Shown in pieces: positions 48,218 through 57,281 of a stretch of DNA of 64,000 nucleotides; position 1 is the stretch's first letter; each line of letters starts with the position of its first letter. A program made the position numbers and the translations under genes. The stretch comes from an uncultured Spirochaetales bacterium. GTDB taxonomy: Bacteria; Spirochaetota; Spirochaetia; SPDA01; CAZSGZ01. Location: the NCBI GenBank assembly GCA_964458315.1, contig CAYWIK010000005.1:4122-68121 (forward strand), read 5' to 3'. Under the pieces are notes generated by a model. That model ran no database searches and was not told the DNA's origin. It was given only the letters and a program-made list of their open reading frames with translations.

Positions 48218-49585
48218 CTATACTTTTATTTGCTTCCATTTCCCTTGGCGGAATTTCAGGGTGAGGACGATAGAACGGATAAGGAAATCGGAGCACATTC
48301 CAATCCAAACACCAAAAAGCCCCAGCCCGGCACGGATGCTCAAGGACCAGCAAAGGGGCAGACGGATGAAAAACCTGCTTAAAAACATAATGATCATCGG
48401 AAACCGCGTTTCTCCCGCCCCTCGGAGTCCCCCGCTCACTACTAAGGTTGGGGCGAGAAAAATCGCCATGGCCGCATAGAGCCTTAAGGGGCGTCGTGCA
48501 ATCGAGATGATATCTTTAGACTCGGTAAACAGCCGGATAAGGGTTTCCGGGATGGTAAAATAGAGGACCGCAACCGCGGCGAAGATGCCCGCGGCATAGA
48601 GAACCGATTTCCACACCAATCGTTCCGCGCGCTCCGGTTTTTCAGCGCCCAGGTTTTGTCCGGTAAGGGTCGAAGCGGCAATCGAAAAGCCGAAGCCGGG
48701 CATAAAGGAAAGGGAGGCGAGGCGGATGACGATCTGGAACCCAGCAATTGAATAACTGCCGAGAGGATTTACCGAAATGGCCATTACGACAATTTGGCTT
48801 ATGGACATGGTCATTCGTTCGGCGGTAGCCGGCAAACCGAAACGGAGGACTTTTCCCAGATGGGAAAAGGAAAAAAACGGTCCTTTTCCGAATGGCCCCC
48901 ACGGTTTTTTCAAGGATAAAACCAGAAGAGCGCCCGCACCGCACACAAAGCTTATTCCGGAGGCGAGCGCGGCCCCCCGTATTCCCATTTCCGGGAACCC
49001 GAACCTTCCGAATATCAGAATCCAGTCGAGGACCAGATTGACTACATTCATTCCTACCCCCACGATCATCGGTGTAAGGGTGTTTCCGGCCGCCCTGAAT
49101 CCGAATTGCAGGGCCACAAGGAGGTATACAAAGGGAATGAAAAGTACGAATAATGAAAAATAGTCCCTGGACGCCGGAAACAATTCCTTCGGCATCTGCA
49201 TTACCCTGAACAGCCCGTTGTGGGTAAACCGGAGCATCGGAACCAACAGGAGACCGAGGACCGAAAATCCAATAATTGCCGCACGAAAGTAAAGAGACGC
49301 ATTGCGCAGGTCCCCCGCGCCGACCATTCTCGCTACGCAAGTGGTAAGCCCGATACCGAACCCTTCCGCCATCATCCGGATGTTCCAGACGATAAGCATT
49401 ATGAGCCCGGAGGCCGCAAGGGGGATGGGCCCAAGCTGCCCGATAAAGATCGTATCTACTACTTCAACAGCCGTGAGGGAAATCTGAGAAAGGATTGCGG
49501 GAACTGCAAGCTCCAGGATTTCGCGGGAATCACTTTTATGTAAAGGCATTGAACCTACCATACGGGTTTCTTCGGTTTTACTCAA
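48218..49585 (-). CDS. MATE family transporter
   Basis: ELAVPAIL, VDTIFIGQLG, GNTLTPM, NLVLDWILIFG, MGIRGAALAS, GQNLGA. Confidence 0.95.
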   Translation of the reverse strand: MSKTEETRMVGSMPLHKSDSREILELAVPAILSQISLTAVEVVDTIFIGQLGPIPLAASGLIMLIVWNIRMMAEGFGIGLTTCVARMVGAGDLRNASLYFRAAIIGFSVLGLLLVPMLRFTHNGLFRVMQMPKELFPASRDYFSLFVLFIPFVYLLVALQFGFRAAGNTLTPMIVGVGMNVVNLVLDWILIFGRFGFPEMGIRGAALASGISFVCGAGALLVLSLKKPWGPFGKGPFFSFSHLGKVLRFGLPATAERMTMSISQIVVMAISVNPLGSYSIAGFQIVIRLASLSFMPGFGFSIAASTLTGQNLGAEKPERAERLVWKSVLYAAGIFAAVAVLYFTIPETLIRLFTESKDIISIARRPLRLYAAMAIFLAPTLVVSGGLRGAGETRFPMIIMFLSRFFIRLPLCWSLSIRAGLGLFGVWIGMCSDFLIRSIVLTLKFRQGKWKQIKV

Positions 49586-49604
49586 CCAAGGTCATTTCGA
49601 TGGG

Positions 49605-49633
49605 GTGACAGAAGTCAAATTTTATTTTACTAT
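49605..49633 (+). promoter_or_regulatory. sigma70 promoter of the cysD operon (GTGACA-N17-TACTAT), 11 nt before the ATG
   Basis: Read directly; no SD. Confidence 0.6.
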
Positions 49634-49644
49634 CGAAATCCGTT

Positions 49645-50526
49645 ATGGATCACCTGGAATATTTAGAGAATATTAGTGTTAGAATTCTGAGGGAAGCATA
49701 CGCGAATTTCAAAAATCTGGGTATGCTTTGGTCTATCGGTAAAGACAGTACCGTTCTTTTATGGCTTGCCAGAAAGGCATTTTTCGGTCATGTCCCGATT
49801 CCTCTTATCCACATCGATACAAGTTTTAAAATTCCCGAAATGATAGAATACAGAGATCGTCTCACGAAAGAGTGGGGGTTGACCATGATTTACGGACAGA
49901 ACCGCGCCGCCATAGAAGAAAAAAACACCTTTCCCGACGGGAATACGGACCGCCTCTCCTGCTGCCGCCTGTTGAAAACCGAAGCCCTGCGCAATACCCT
50001 TGCAGGCACCTGGGACCGCTACCGGTTCAACCATAAAACCGGGCGATACGAGGTGGACAAAAACCGGGAACCCTTTACCGGGATTATTGCCGGCGTTCGG
50101 GCGGACGAGGAGGGGTCCAGGTCCAAGGAGCGTTATTTTTCTCCCAGAGACAAGGAAAACGAGTGGGACGTAGACGACCAGCCGCCTGAGTTTTGGAACC
50201 AGTTCAAGACCGATTTCGCGCCCGGCACCCACCTCCGGATCCATCCACTTCTCGATTGGACGGAACTCAACATCTGGGAATATATCGAACGGGAAAAAAT
50301 CCCTACGGTAAGCTTGTACTACAATCAAGGAAACGGAAAACGGTATCGTTCCCTGGGCTGTGCGCCATGTACTTTTCCGATCGATTCGTCTTCCGGAAAC
50401 GTTGCTGAGATTGTCGAAGAGCTTTCTACCGGAAACCTTTCCAATATAGCGGAGCGTTCGGGCCGGGCACAGGACAAAGAGGACGGCGGCGGTCTGGAAA
50501 CTTTACGCAGAGACGGGTATATGTAA
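49645..50526 (+). CDS. cysD: Sulfate adenylyltransferase subunit 2
   Basis: [46 protein letters not shown]. Confidence 0.95.
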   Translation: MDHLEYLENISVRILREAYANFKNLGMLWSIGKDSTVLLWLARKAFFGHVPIPLIHIDTSFKIPEMIEYRDRLTKEWGLTMIYGQNRAAIEEKNTFPDGNTDRLSCCRLLKTEALRNTLAGTWDRYRFNHKTGRYEVDKNREPFTGIIAGVRADEEGSRSKERYFSPRDKENEWDVDDQPPEFWNQFKTDFAPGTHLRIHPLLDWTELNIWEYIEREKIPTVSLYYNQGNGKRYRSLGCAPCTFPIDSSSGNVAEIVEELSTGNLSNIAERSGRAQDKEDGGGLETLRRDGYM

Positions 50527-52328
50527 TGGTTTCGAAAGACCGCAAACAGATGAATATTGTCATTGCCGGTCATGTGGACCATGGAAAGAGCACCGTCATC
50601 GGCCGGCTTTTAGCGGACACCGGCAGCCTGCCGGAGGGAAAGCTGGAGCAGATCAAACATCAGTGTGAAATCAACTCTAAACCCTTCGAGTATGCTTTTC
50701 TGTTAGACGCCCTCAAGCACGAACAGGCACAGGGAATTACCATCGACAGCGCCCGGGTGTTTTTCCATACGAAGGCGCGGGATTATATCATTATCGACGC
50801 GCCGGGCCATATCGAATTCCTTAAAAATATGGTAAGCGGGGCGGCCCGGGCGGAAGCGGCCTTTTTGGTAATCGACGCGGAAGAGGGAATTCAGGAGAAT
50901 TCACGGCGCCACGGCTATATGCTTACCATGCTCGGGATCAAGCAGATCTGTGTGCTGGTCAACAAGATGGATTTGGTCGAATACAACAAGGTCACCTTTA
51001 AAAAGATAACGAGAAAATTTTCCCGTTTTCTTCGAAATGTGGAGATCTTCGACGTGACCTTTATTCCGGTAAGCGGCGTCGAAGGGACTAATATCAATAC
51101 GTTAAGCGATATTACCGACTGGTATGAAGGGCCGACGGTAGTCGAGCAGCTCGATATTTTTGAAAAAGAGCCCGACCGAAACGAACGGGCGTTCCGAATG
51201 CCGGTCCAGGACGTGTATAAATTCACTCGTTACGGCGACAGCCGGAGAATCATCGCCGGAACGGTAGATTCAGGCACTCTCCGGGTGGGCGACGATGTGG
51301 TATTTTATCCGTCGGGCAAGCGGAGTAAAGTGAAGAGCATCGAATCTTTTAATACGGAGCAAAAACTTCAGGTTTCCGCGGGGCACGCTGCGGGTTTCAC
51401 ATTGGAGGAACAGATTTACGTCACTCGGGGGCAGATTGCGGTACGCGCGGACGAGCTCAAGCCGAAGGTGGCTTCGGTGGTCCGGGTAAACCTATTCTGG
51501 CTCGGCCGCCGGCCGGTGACTATGAAAAAAGAATATATATTCAAGATTGGAACGGTTCGCGTTCAGGCACGGGTAGAGGAAATTGTGCGGGTCATCGATG
51601 CATCTACCCTCGATGCCAAAGCCGTTAAAGAAGTGATAGAGCTTCATGATGTGGCCGAATGCATTCTCCGTCTCGGCAAACCGATTGCTTTCGACTTGGT
51701 CGACAACATTCCTCAAACCAGCCGGTTCGTCATTGTAGACGACTATGAAATCCGCGGCGGCGGAATTATACGGGAACCCATAGAAGATATCCAGTCCTTT
51801 GCCAGACGGAATATTTTAGTCCGAAATTACAACTGGGAACCGAGTCATATACCGCCGAAAAAACGCGCCTCCAGGTACAGTCAGCGGCCCACCCTTATCC
51901 TCATTACCGGACAGGAGAGTGACGCGAAGAGAGGAATCGCCGAACAGCTCGAAGAACAGCTTTTCGCGGAGGGGAAATTGGTGTATGCCATCGGTATCGG
52001 GAACATTCTTTCCGGGATCAGCGCCGATGTTACCGAAGAGAAAGGCGGCCGGACCGAACAAATCAGACGGCTCGCCGAGGTGGCCCATCTTTTTTTAGAC
52101 GCGGGAATGATTCTTATCGTGACGGCGGTGGAACTTACCCAGGACGACCTGGACCTGATCCGGTTTTCAATTACTCCGGACAGGATCGAGACCGTCTGGG
52201 TAGGCGATCAAGTAACGACGGACCTCACCTTTGACCTGCAGGTGACCAACAACGTGGTTTTAGAAGAGGCGATTACCGGCGTCAAGGAGCTTTTGATTAA
52301 AAACCGCATCATCTTTCAACCTTTGTAA
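50526..52328 (+). CDS. cysN: Sulfate adenylyltransferase GTPase subunit with degenerate C-terminal APS-kinase-like domain
   Basis: GHVDHGKS, GITID, DAPGH, NKMD; C-terminal CysC-like fold lacking the P-loop. Confidence 0.93.
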   Translation: MVSKDRKQMNIVIAGHVDHGKSTVIGRLLADTGSLPEGKLEQIKHQCEINSKPFEYAFLLDALKHEQAQGITIDSARVFFHTKARDYIIIDAPGHIEFLKNMVSGAARAEAAFLVIDAEEGIQENSRRHGYMLTMLGIKQICVLVNKMDLVEYNKVTFKKITRKFSRFLRNVEIFDVTFIPVSGVEGTNINTLSDITDWYEGPTVVEQLDIFEKEPDRNERAFRMPVQDVYKFTRYGDSRRIIAGTVDSGTLRVGDDVVFYPSGKRSKVKSIESFNTEQKLQVSAGHAAGFTLEEQIYVTRGQIAVRADELKPKVASVVRVNLFWLGRRPVTMKKEYIFKIGTVRVQARVEEIVRVIDASTLDAKAVKEVIELHDVAECILRLGKPIAFDLVDNIPQTSRFVIVDDYEIRGGGIIREPIEDIQSFARRNILVRNYNWEPSHIPPKKRASRYSQRPTLILITGQESDAKRGIAEQLEEQLFAEGKLVYAIGIGNILSGISADVTEEKGGRTEQIRRLAEVAHLFLDAGMILIVTAVELTQDDLDLIRFSITPDRIETVWVGDQVTTDLTFDLQVTNNVVLEEAITGVKELLIKNRIIFQPL

Positions 52329-52341
52329 GGAGTTAATCAAT

Positions 52342-53622
52342 ATGAATACGGAATATACACTCCGATGTACATCCTGCGGAAAAAGCATAAGCGACGAAGA
52401 ATTACCCCTCCAATGCGATTGCGGGACTCCGGCTCTGCTGCGGGCGGAATACGAAAAAAAACAACTGAATCCCGGCCCCGACGCTTTAGGCCTGTATAAG
52501 TTTGCCGATTGGCTTCCCATCCGGCGGACCCTCGAAGGTTCAGCCCCGCCGATTACCTATAAGAGCGACGGACTGGCAAAACGGCTCGGGTTTTCGAACC
52601 TGTATATAACCTTCAACGGTTACTGGCCCGAGCGGGACTGCGGGATGAAAACGGGGACGTTTAAAGAGTGCGAGGCCTTTTCCGTATGCGCGAGGATGCC
52701 GGAGGGGTTTGAAAAGACCCTGGTGGTTGCATCAGCGGGGAATACGGCGCGCGCCTTTGCACGGGTCTGTTCCGCCAACCGTATTCCCTTGGTGGTCGTG
52801 GTACCGGAGACGAGCCTGGATGCAATGTGGTTCGACGAAGATATCGACTCTTGCGTGCGGCTGATTGCCGCCGGGGGAGGCAGCGATTATTTCGATGCAA
52901 TTTATCTGTCCAATTTGATTTGCGGTATCGACGGATATGTGCCCGAGGGGGGCGCTAAGAATATCGCCCGCCGCGACGGTATGGGGACCACGGTCTTGAG
53001 CGCCGCCGTTGAAATTGGCGAGGTGCCTGAGTATTATTTTCAGGCCGTAGGAAGCGGTACCGGCGCGATTGCCGCATGGGAAGCCAACCGTAGGCTCCTT
53101 GCGGACGGACGGTTCGGCGAAAATAAAATGAAGCTTATGGTCTCTCAGAACGCGCCGTTTCTGCTTCTTTTCGACAGCTGGAAACGGAAGATGAGGGAGT
53201 TGGTTGAACTCGATCTTGCAACCGCTTCAAAACAAATCGAGGAAATCAAAGCGAAGGTCCTCTCCAACCGGAAACCGCCCTATAGTCTGACCGGCGGATT
53301 GTACGATGCCCTTGTGGACGTCGAAGGAGATGTGCTTGCGGCCACCAACTTGGAATCGGACGAAGCGCGGCAGCTTTTCTTAGAAACCGAAGGGATTGAT
53401 ATTACCCCGGCCGCGGGTGTAGCATTGGCAAGCCTTATTCAGGCTTCGAAAACGGGCTTAGTAAAAAAAGAGGCGCTGGTAATGCTCAATATTACCGGCG
53501 GCGGAGTGGAGCGATTTAAATTGGAGAGACCGACCCGCTATCTCGAACCCTCTACCGTCATTCCCCGGGAGGATATCGTGCGGGAAAATCTCAATGCGAT
53601 AACAAAAGCATTAGGCGAGTAA
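52342..53622 (+). CDS. Cysteate synthase (threonine-synthase-like, PLP)
   Basis: N-terminal CxxC, DWLP, FNGYWPER, TGTFKECEA (PLP Lys), ASAGNTARAF, EGGAKNIARRDGMGT, YFQAVGSGTG, LSNRKPPY, LNITGGG. Confidence 0.9.
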   Translation: MNTEYTLRCTSCGKSISDEELPLQCDCGTPALLRAEYEKKQLNPGPDALGLYKFADWLPIRRTLEGSAPPITYKSDGLAKRLGFSNLYITFNGYWPERDCGMKTGTFKECEAFSVCARMPEGFEKTLVVASAGNTARAFARVCSANRIPLVVVVPETSLDAMWFDEDIDSCVRLIAAGGGSDYFDAIYLSNLICGIDGYVPEGGAKNIARRDGMGTTVLSAAVEIGEVPEYYFQAVGSGTGAIAAWEANRRLLADGRFGENKMKLMVSQNAPFLLLFDSWKRKMRELVELDLATASKQIEEIKAKVLSNRKPPYSLTGGLYDALVDVEGDVLAATNLESDEARQLFLETEGIDITPAAGVALASLIQASKTGLVKKEALVMLNITGGGVERFKLERPTRYLEPSTVIPREDIVRENLNAITKALGE

Positions 53623-53634
53623 AGGAGTTGTAAA

Positions 53635-54912
53635 ATGGACCTGTTTGATAAATGTAAAACGGATGAAGGATATTTCGGAAAATTGCGCGCCATGGGAGAT
53701 AATTACTTTACCATGCCGGTTATAGACGATAAGCCGGGCAGAATCATGGAATACGACGGCGAAAAAAAATTGATGTGGTCCGTCAATAATTATCTCGGTT
53801 TGGCGGATAACGAGGAGATAAAAAAAAGCGCCTTAGAAACCGTGGAGGAGTGGAGCGTTTCCGCGCCCATGGGATCGAGGATGATGAGCGGAAACACGAG
53901 CGAACATATCGCTTTGGAAAATCAGCTGGCAGAGTTCGCCAAAAAAGAAGCTTCCATTCTGTTTAATTACGGATATCTCGGGGTTTTAGGGACTATTTCC
54001 TCCCTCGCGGGACAGGATGACATGATCATTATGGATAAGCTTGCGCACGCATCGATCGTGGACGGTGTCCTTTTGTCCCGCGCCCCTTTTCGGGTTTTTA
54101 AGCACAACGACATGGAAAGTCTCGAAATTGTGCTCAAACGGGTGAATAAGGAACGGAAAGGCGGCGTGCTCATTGTAATCGAAGGGACTTACGGAATGAC
54201 CGGCGATCTCGCAAAACTTAAAGAAATCTGCGAATTGAAAGAAAAATACGACGCACGGCTTTTTGTCGACGATGCCCACGGGTTCGGGGTTCTCGGGGAG
54301 CAAGGCCGGGGCGCTCCCGATCATTTCGGCGTGCAGGACAAGGTCGATATATATTTCGGCACTTTCGCCAAGTCCTTCGCCTCTATCGGCGGGTTCTCCG
54401 CCGCGCGGAAGGACGTGGTGCAGTGGATACGCTATAATGCCAGGACCCAGGTGTTTGCCAAGAGCCTGCCCATGGTGTACGTAAAATCCCTGCGGAAAGC
54501 GCTTGAACTGGTAAAAAACGGAGATAAAAGGCGCGAGCACATGTGGAAAATCTCGAATGTCCTGAAAAAAGGACTTTCGGAGCTTGGTTACTATATCGGA
54601 AAGGGAGAGAGCCCCATCTGCGCGGTGTTTGCTCCTATCGGAAGCGAGAATGTTGAAACCGTGGGCGCCAGGCTGGTTAAATATTTGCGGCACGAGAAGA
54701 ATATATTCACCACCGCGGTCATCTACCCGGTTATTCCCCTCGGACTTTTAATGTTCCGGATCATCCCGACCACGGCCCACACCGAGGAAGACGTGGATAC
54801 TACGGTTAAAGCGTTTAAGGACATGCGGGACGAGATGAAGCTCGACTTGAAGATGGACGAAAAGGACCGGAAGAATATCGATAAAATCTACGGTATTAGG
54901 AGCGCCGATTAA
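53635..54912 (+). CDS. Alpha-oxoamine synthase family enzyme, cysteate-C-fatty-acyltransferase (SulA/CapB)-like
   Basis: NNYLGLA, PMGSRMMSG, LFNYGYLG, DKLAHASIVDG, VDDAHGFG, YFGTFAKS (PLP Lys), RTQVFAKSLPM. Confidence 0.8.
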   Translation: MDLFDKCKTDEGYFGKLRAMGDNYFTMPVIDDKPGRIMEYDGEKKLMWSVNNYLGLADNEEIKKSALETVEEWSVSAPMGSRMMSGNTSEHIALENQLAEFAKKEASILFNYGYLGVLGTISSLAGQDDMIIMDKLAHASIVDGVLLSRAPFRVFKHNDMESLEIVLKRVNKERKGGVLIVIEGTYGMTGDLAKLKEICELKEKYDARLFVDDAHGFGVLGEQGRGAPDHFGVQDKVDIYFGTFAKSFASIGGFSAARKDVVQWIRYNARTQVFAKSLPMVYVKSLRKALELVKNGDKRREHMWKISNVLKKGLSELGYYIGKGESPICAVFAPIGSENVETVGARLVKYLRHEKNIFTTAVIYPVIPLGLLMFRIIPTTAHTEEDVDTTVKAFKDMRDEMKLDLKMDEKDRKNIDKIYGIRSAD

Positions 54913-55970
54913 TCCTTTACCCGGCCGAAACGGAGCGCCTTCAGGAGCATGTTCGGAAGGGGTTTCTCCGGGTCCCGCTTCGTAAGATCCAGGTATCTTC
55001 CTTTTGCCTTGTTGATGGGAATTTTGTGGGTTTCGACAAATTCGATGAGCGTTCCGTCAGGGTCTTCGATATAGCTGAAGGGCCCGCTCGCCTCGCCCAT
55101 ATCAAAGGCGCCGCTGCTTTCCACGGTAAAGGGGAACCCTTGTTCTTCGCATACTTTACGGAGGGCCTCCATGCCGCGGATATCGAAACAGAGATGGATA
55201 AAGCCCAAATCGCCCCAGTACCGGTCTTTAAAAATTTTACGCGGCTTTCGTCCGAGACACTGGACGAGCTCGATTTTTGACGGCCCTAAAATGCGGCTGA
55301 ATGCTCCTTTTCGTGCTTCCGAATGGGTAAGGAGAACGCGCCGCACGTTTTCATCTCCTCCCGGAAGGGGTGCAAAATCGTCCGCGGCGCCGGAGACGTC
55401 ATAGACGACGCGGTCGTATCCCAGGATATCCGCGTACACTTTCCCGGCATTTTCGATGTCCGAGACGCCGATCATGCAGCCCGAAACCCCGCCGGTGACA
55501 TGGCGCCCCCTGGAAAAAAAATCCCTTTCCTCCACTACTTGATATAGGTTCCCATAAGGGTCCTGTACGAAAAAGTGTCCGGCCCCGCCAGGGTCTTTTT
55601 GTATCCCGCCGATTAATTCCGCGTCTTCTTGTTGAAAAAACGTATATGCTTTTTCCGCGTTTCTGCATTTTATTCGGGCGCTGAAAATTCCCAAGTCGCC
55701 GAGGAGTATTTCGAAGTCCGGTTTTTCCGGTTTCCGGCTTTCATACTGCCATATTTCAAAACCTCCTCCTCCCATAATCGATATGGCCAGCGTGGCGGTG
55801 CGGGAATGTACCTTGCCGCCGGTATATTTTGTCATAAACGGGGCTTCACCCGAATCGGTGAACACCGGTATATCCATGCCGAAGTGTTTCCGGATCCATC
55901 CCCGTGCGGCGTCCGCATTAGGGATGCCCAATCCTACCTGCTGTATTCCGCTTATCAAATAGTCTGCCAT
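54909..55970 (-). CDS. Two-domain VOC (glyoxalase-fold) protein
   Basis: ISGIQQVGLG, GGGFEIWQ, QDPYGN, GCMIGVSD, WGDLGFIHLCFD, EDPDGTLIEFVE; start at MADYL. Confidence 0.85.
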   Translation of the reverse strand: MADYLISGIQQVGLGIPNADAARGWIRKHFGMDIPVFTDSGEAPFMTKYTGGKVHSRTATLAISIMGGGGFEIWQYESRKPEKPDFEILLGDLGIFSARIKCRNAEKAYTFFQQEDAELIGGIQKDPGGAGHFFVQDPYGNLYQVVEERDFFSRGRHVTGGVSGCMIGVSDIENAGKVYADILGYDRVVYDVSGAADDFAPLPGGDENVRRVLLTHSEARKGAFSRILGPSKIELVQCLGRKPRKIFKDRYWGDLGFIHLCFDIRGMEALRKVCEEQGFPFTVESSGAFDMGEASGPFSYIEDPDGTLIEFVETHKIPINKAKGRYLDLTKRDPEKPLPNMLLKALRFGRVKD

Positions 55971-55989
55971 GGGGTAAGTTGTACACCAA

Positions 55990-56006
55990 TTGATAAAATA
56001 TATCAA
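55990..56006. promoter_or_regulatory. Inverted repeat TTGATA-N5-TATCAA forming the -35 of both divergent promoters (malY and VOC)
   Basis: Plus strand: TTGATA-N18-TAGAAT-N8-ATG 56028. Minus strand: TTGATA-N17-TACAAC-N7-ATG 55970. Confidence 0.6.
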
Positions 56007-56027
56007 CAAAGCATAGAATAAGACGCC

Positions 56028-57197
56028 ATGGAGTATAATTTAGACAAGGTAATCGAACGAAAGGGAACCAACACCTATAAGTGGGACAACATGCAGAAAC
56101 TTTTCGGGAGAAACGATCTTCTTCCCATGTGGGTAGCGGACATGGATTTTCCCGCTCCGGAGGGAATACGGTTTGCAATCGAAGAACGGGCGCGCCACGG
56201 GATCTACGGATACACCTACACCCCCGAATCGGTTTACGAGTCGGTCATAAACTGGATGTATTCTCGGCACGGCTGGGTGATAGAGCGGGAATGGCTTTCG
56301 TTTTTGCCCGGCGTGATGCCGAGTGTTGCCTTTGTTATTCAGGCCTTTACCTCGCCCGGGGACGGCGTAATCGTACAGCCGCCGGTGTACTATCCCTTTT
56401 TTTCCGTTGTGAAGGCAAACGGGCGAAAGCTGCTGGAAAATCCCCTCCTGATCGATACCGAGGGAAAATATCATATCGATTTTTCCGATTTAGAAAAAAA
56501 ACTGAAACAAGGCGGAAAAATCCTTCTCCTCTGCAGTCCTCACAATCCGGTCGGCCGCGTTTGGACCAAAGAGGAGCTGACGGAAATCGGCCGTCTTTGT
56601 AAAAAACATGAAGCGATCGTGCTCTCCGATGAGATTCACGCCGACCTGGTGTTTCCGGGGGCGACCCATTGGCCCTTCTCAAAAATTTCCGATGAGCTGA
56701 GGGACCTTTCAATCGTCGCGCAGGCGCCGAGTAAGAGCTTTAATATTCCGGGTTTGACGATTTCGGAGCTCATCATTCCGTCGAAAAGTTTGCGCGAACG
56801 TTTCTTTCGGTTCTATCGCGGGCTTTCCATGCATCTTTCCAATCTTTTCAGCACCACCGCCCTCGAGGCCGCCTACCGGGAGGGGGGCGATTGGTTGGAC
56901 CAGGTTCTTGCGTATATCGATAGAAATATCGGGCTGGTAGAAAAACGGTTAAGAGAAACCACTCCGGGGCTTACCTTTCAAAAACCCGAAGGGACCTATC
57001 TGCTCTGGCTCGACTGCAGGCGGCTCGGCCGGGACGCTGAAGAAAGCGCCCGCCTCTTGGTGGAGAAAGGAAAAATCGCCCTTAATCGCGGAGACACGTT
57101 CGGCACCGGCGGTGAAGGCTTTCACCGCATGAACGTCGCCTGTCCCCGCTCAATTGTCGAAGAGGGATGCCTGAGGATCGCGAAGGCTTTCGGTTAA
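56028..57197 (+). CDS. MalY/PatB family PLP C-S lyase (cystathionine beta-lyase-like)
   Basis: PMWVADMDF, CSPHNPVGRVW, SDEIHADL, APSKSFNIPG, EGTYLLWLD, RMNVACP. Confidence 0.95.
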   Translation: MEYNLDKVIERKGTNTYKWDNMQKLFGRNDLLPMWVADMDFPAPEGIRFAIEERARHGIYGYTYTPESVYESVINWMYSRHGWVIEREWLSFLPGVMPSVAFVIQAFTSPGDGVIVQPPVYYPFFSVVKANGRKLLENPLLIDTEGKYHIDFSDLEKKLKQGGKILLLCSPHNPVGRVWTKEELTEIGRLCKKHEAIVLSDEIHADLVFPGATHWPFSKISDELRDLSIVAQAPSKSFNIPGLTISELIIPSKSLRERFFRFYRGLSMHLSNLFSTTALEAAYREGGDWLDQVLAYIDRNIGLVEKRLRETTPGLTFQKPEGTYLLWLDCRRLGRDAEESARLLVEKGKIALNRGDTFGTGGEGFHRMNVACPRSIVEEGCLRIAKAFG

Positions 57198-57281
57198 GTC
57201 CTCACGAGCCGGATAAACGAATGTTCATCATCTTGTATGAAATGGTAGAATTCAATTACCGATGATGTTACCATCTTTCAT

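Noticed and set aside
52342-53622. Cysteate synthase as part of coenzyme M synthesis
   Set aside because: No comDE or other CoM genes are present, and the coupled downstream gene is an AOS acyltransferase.
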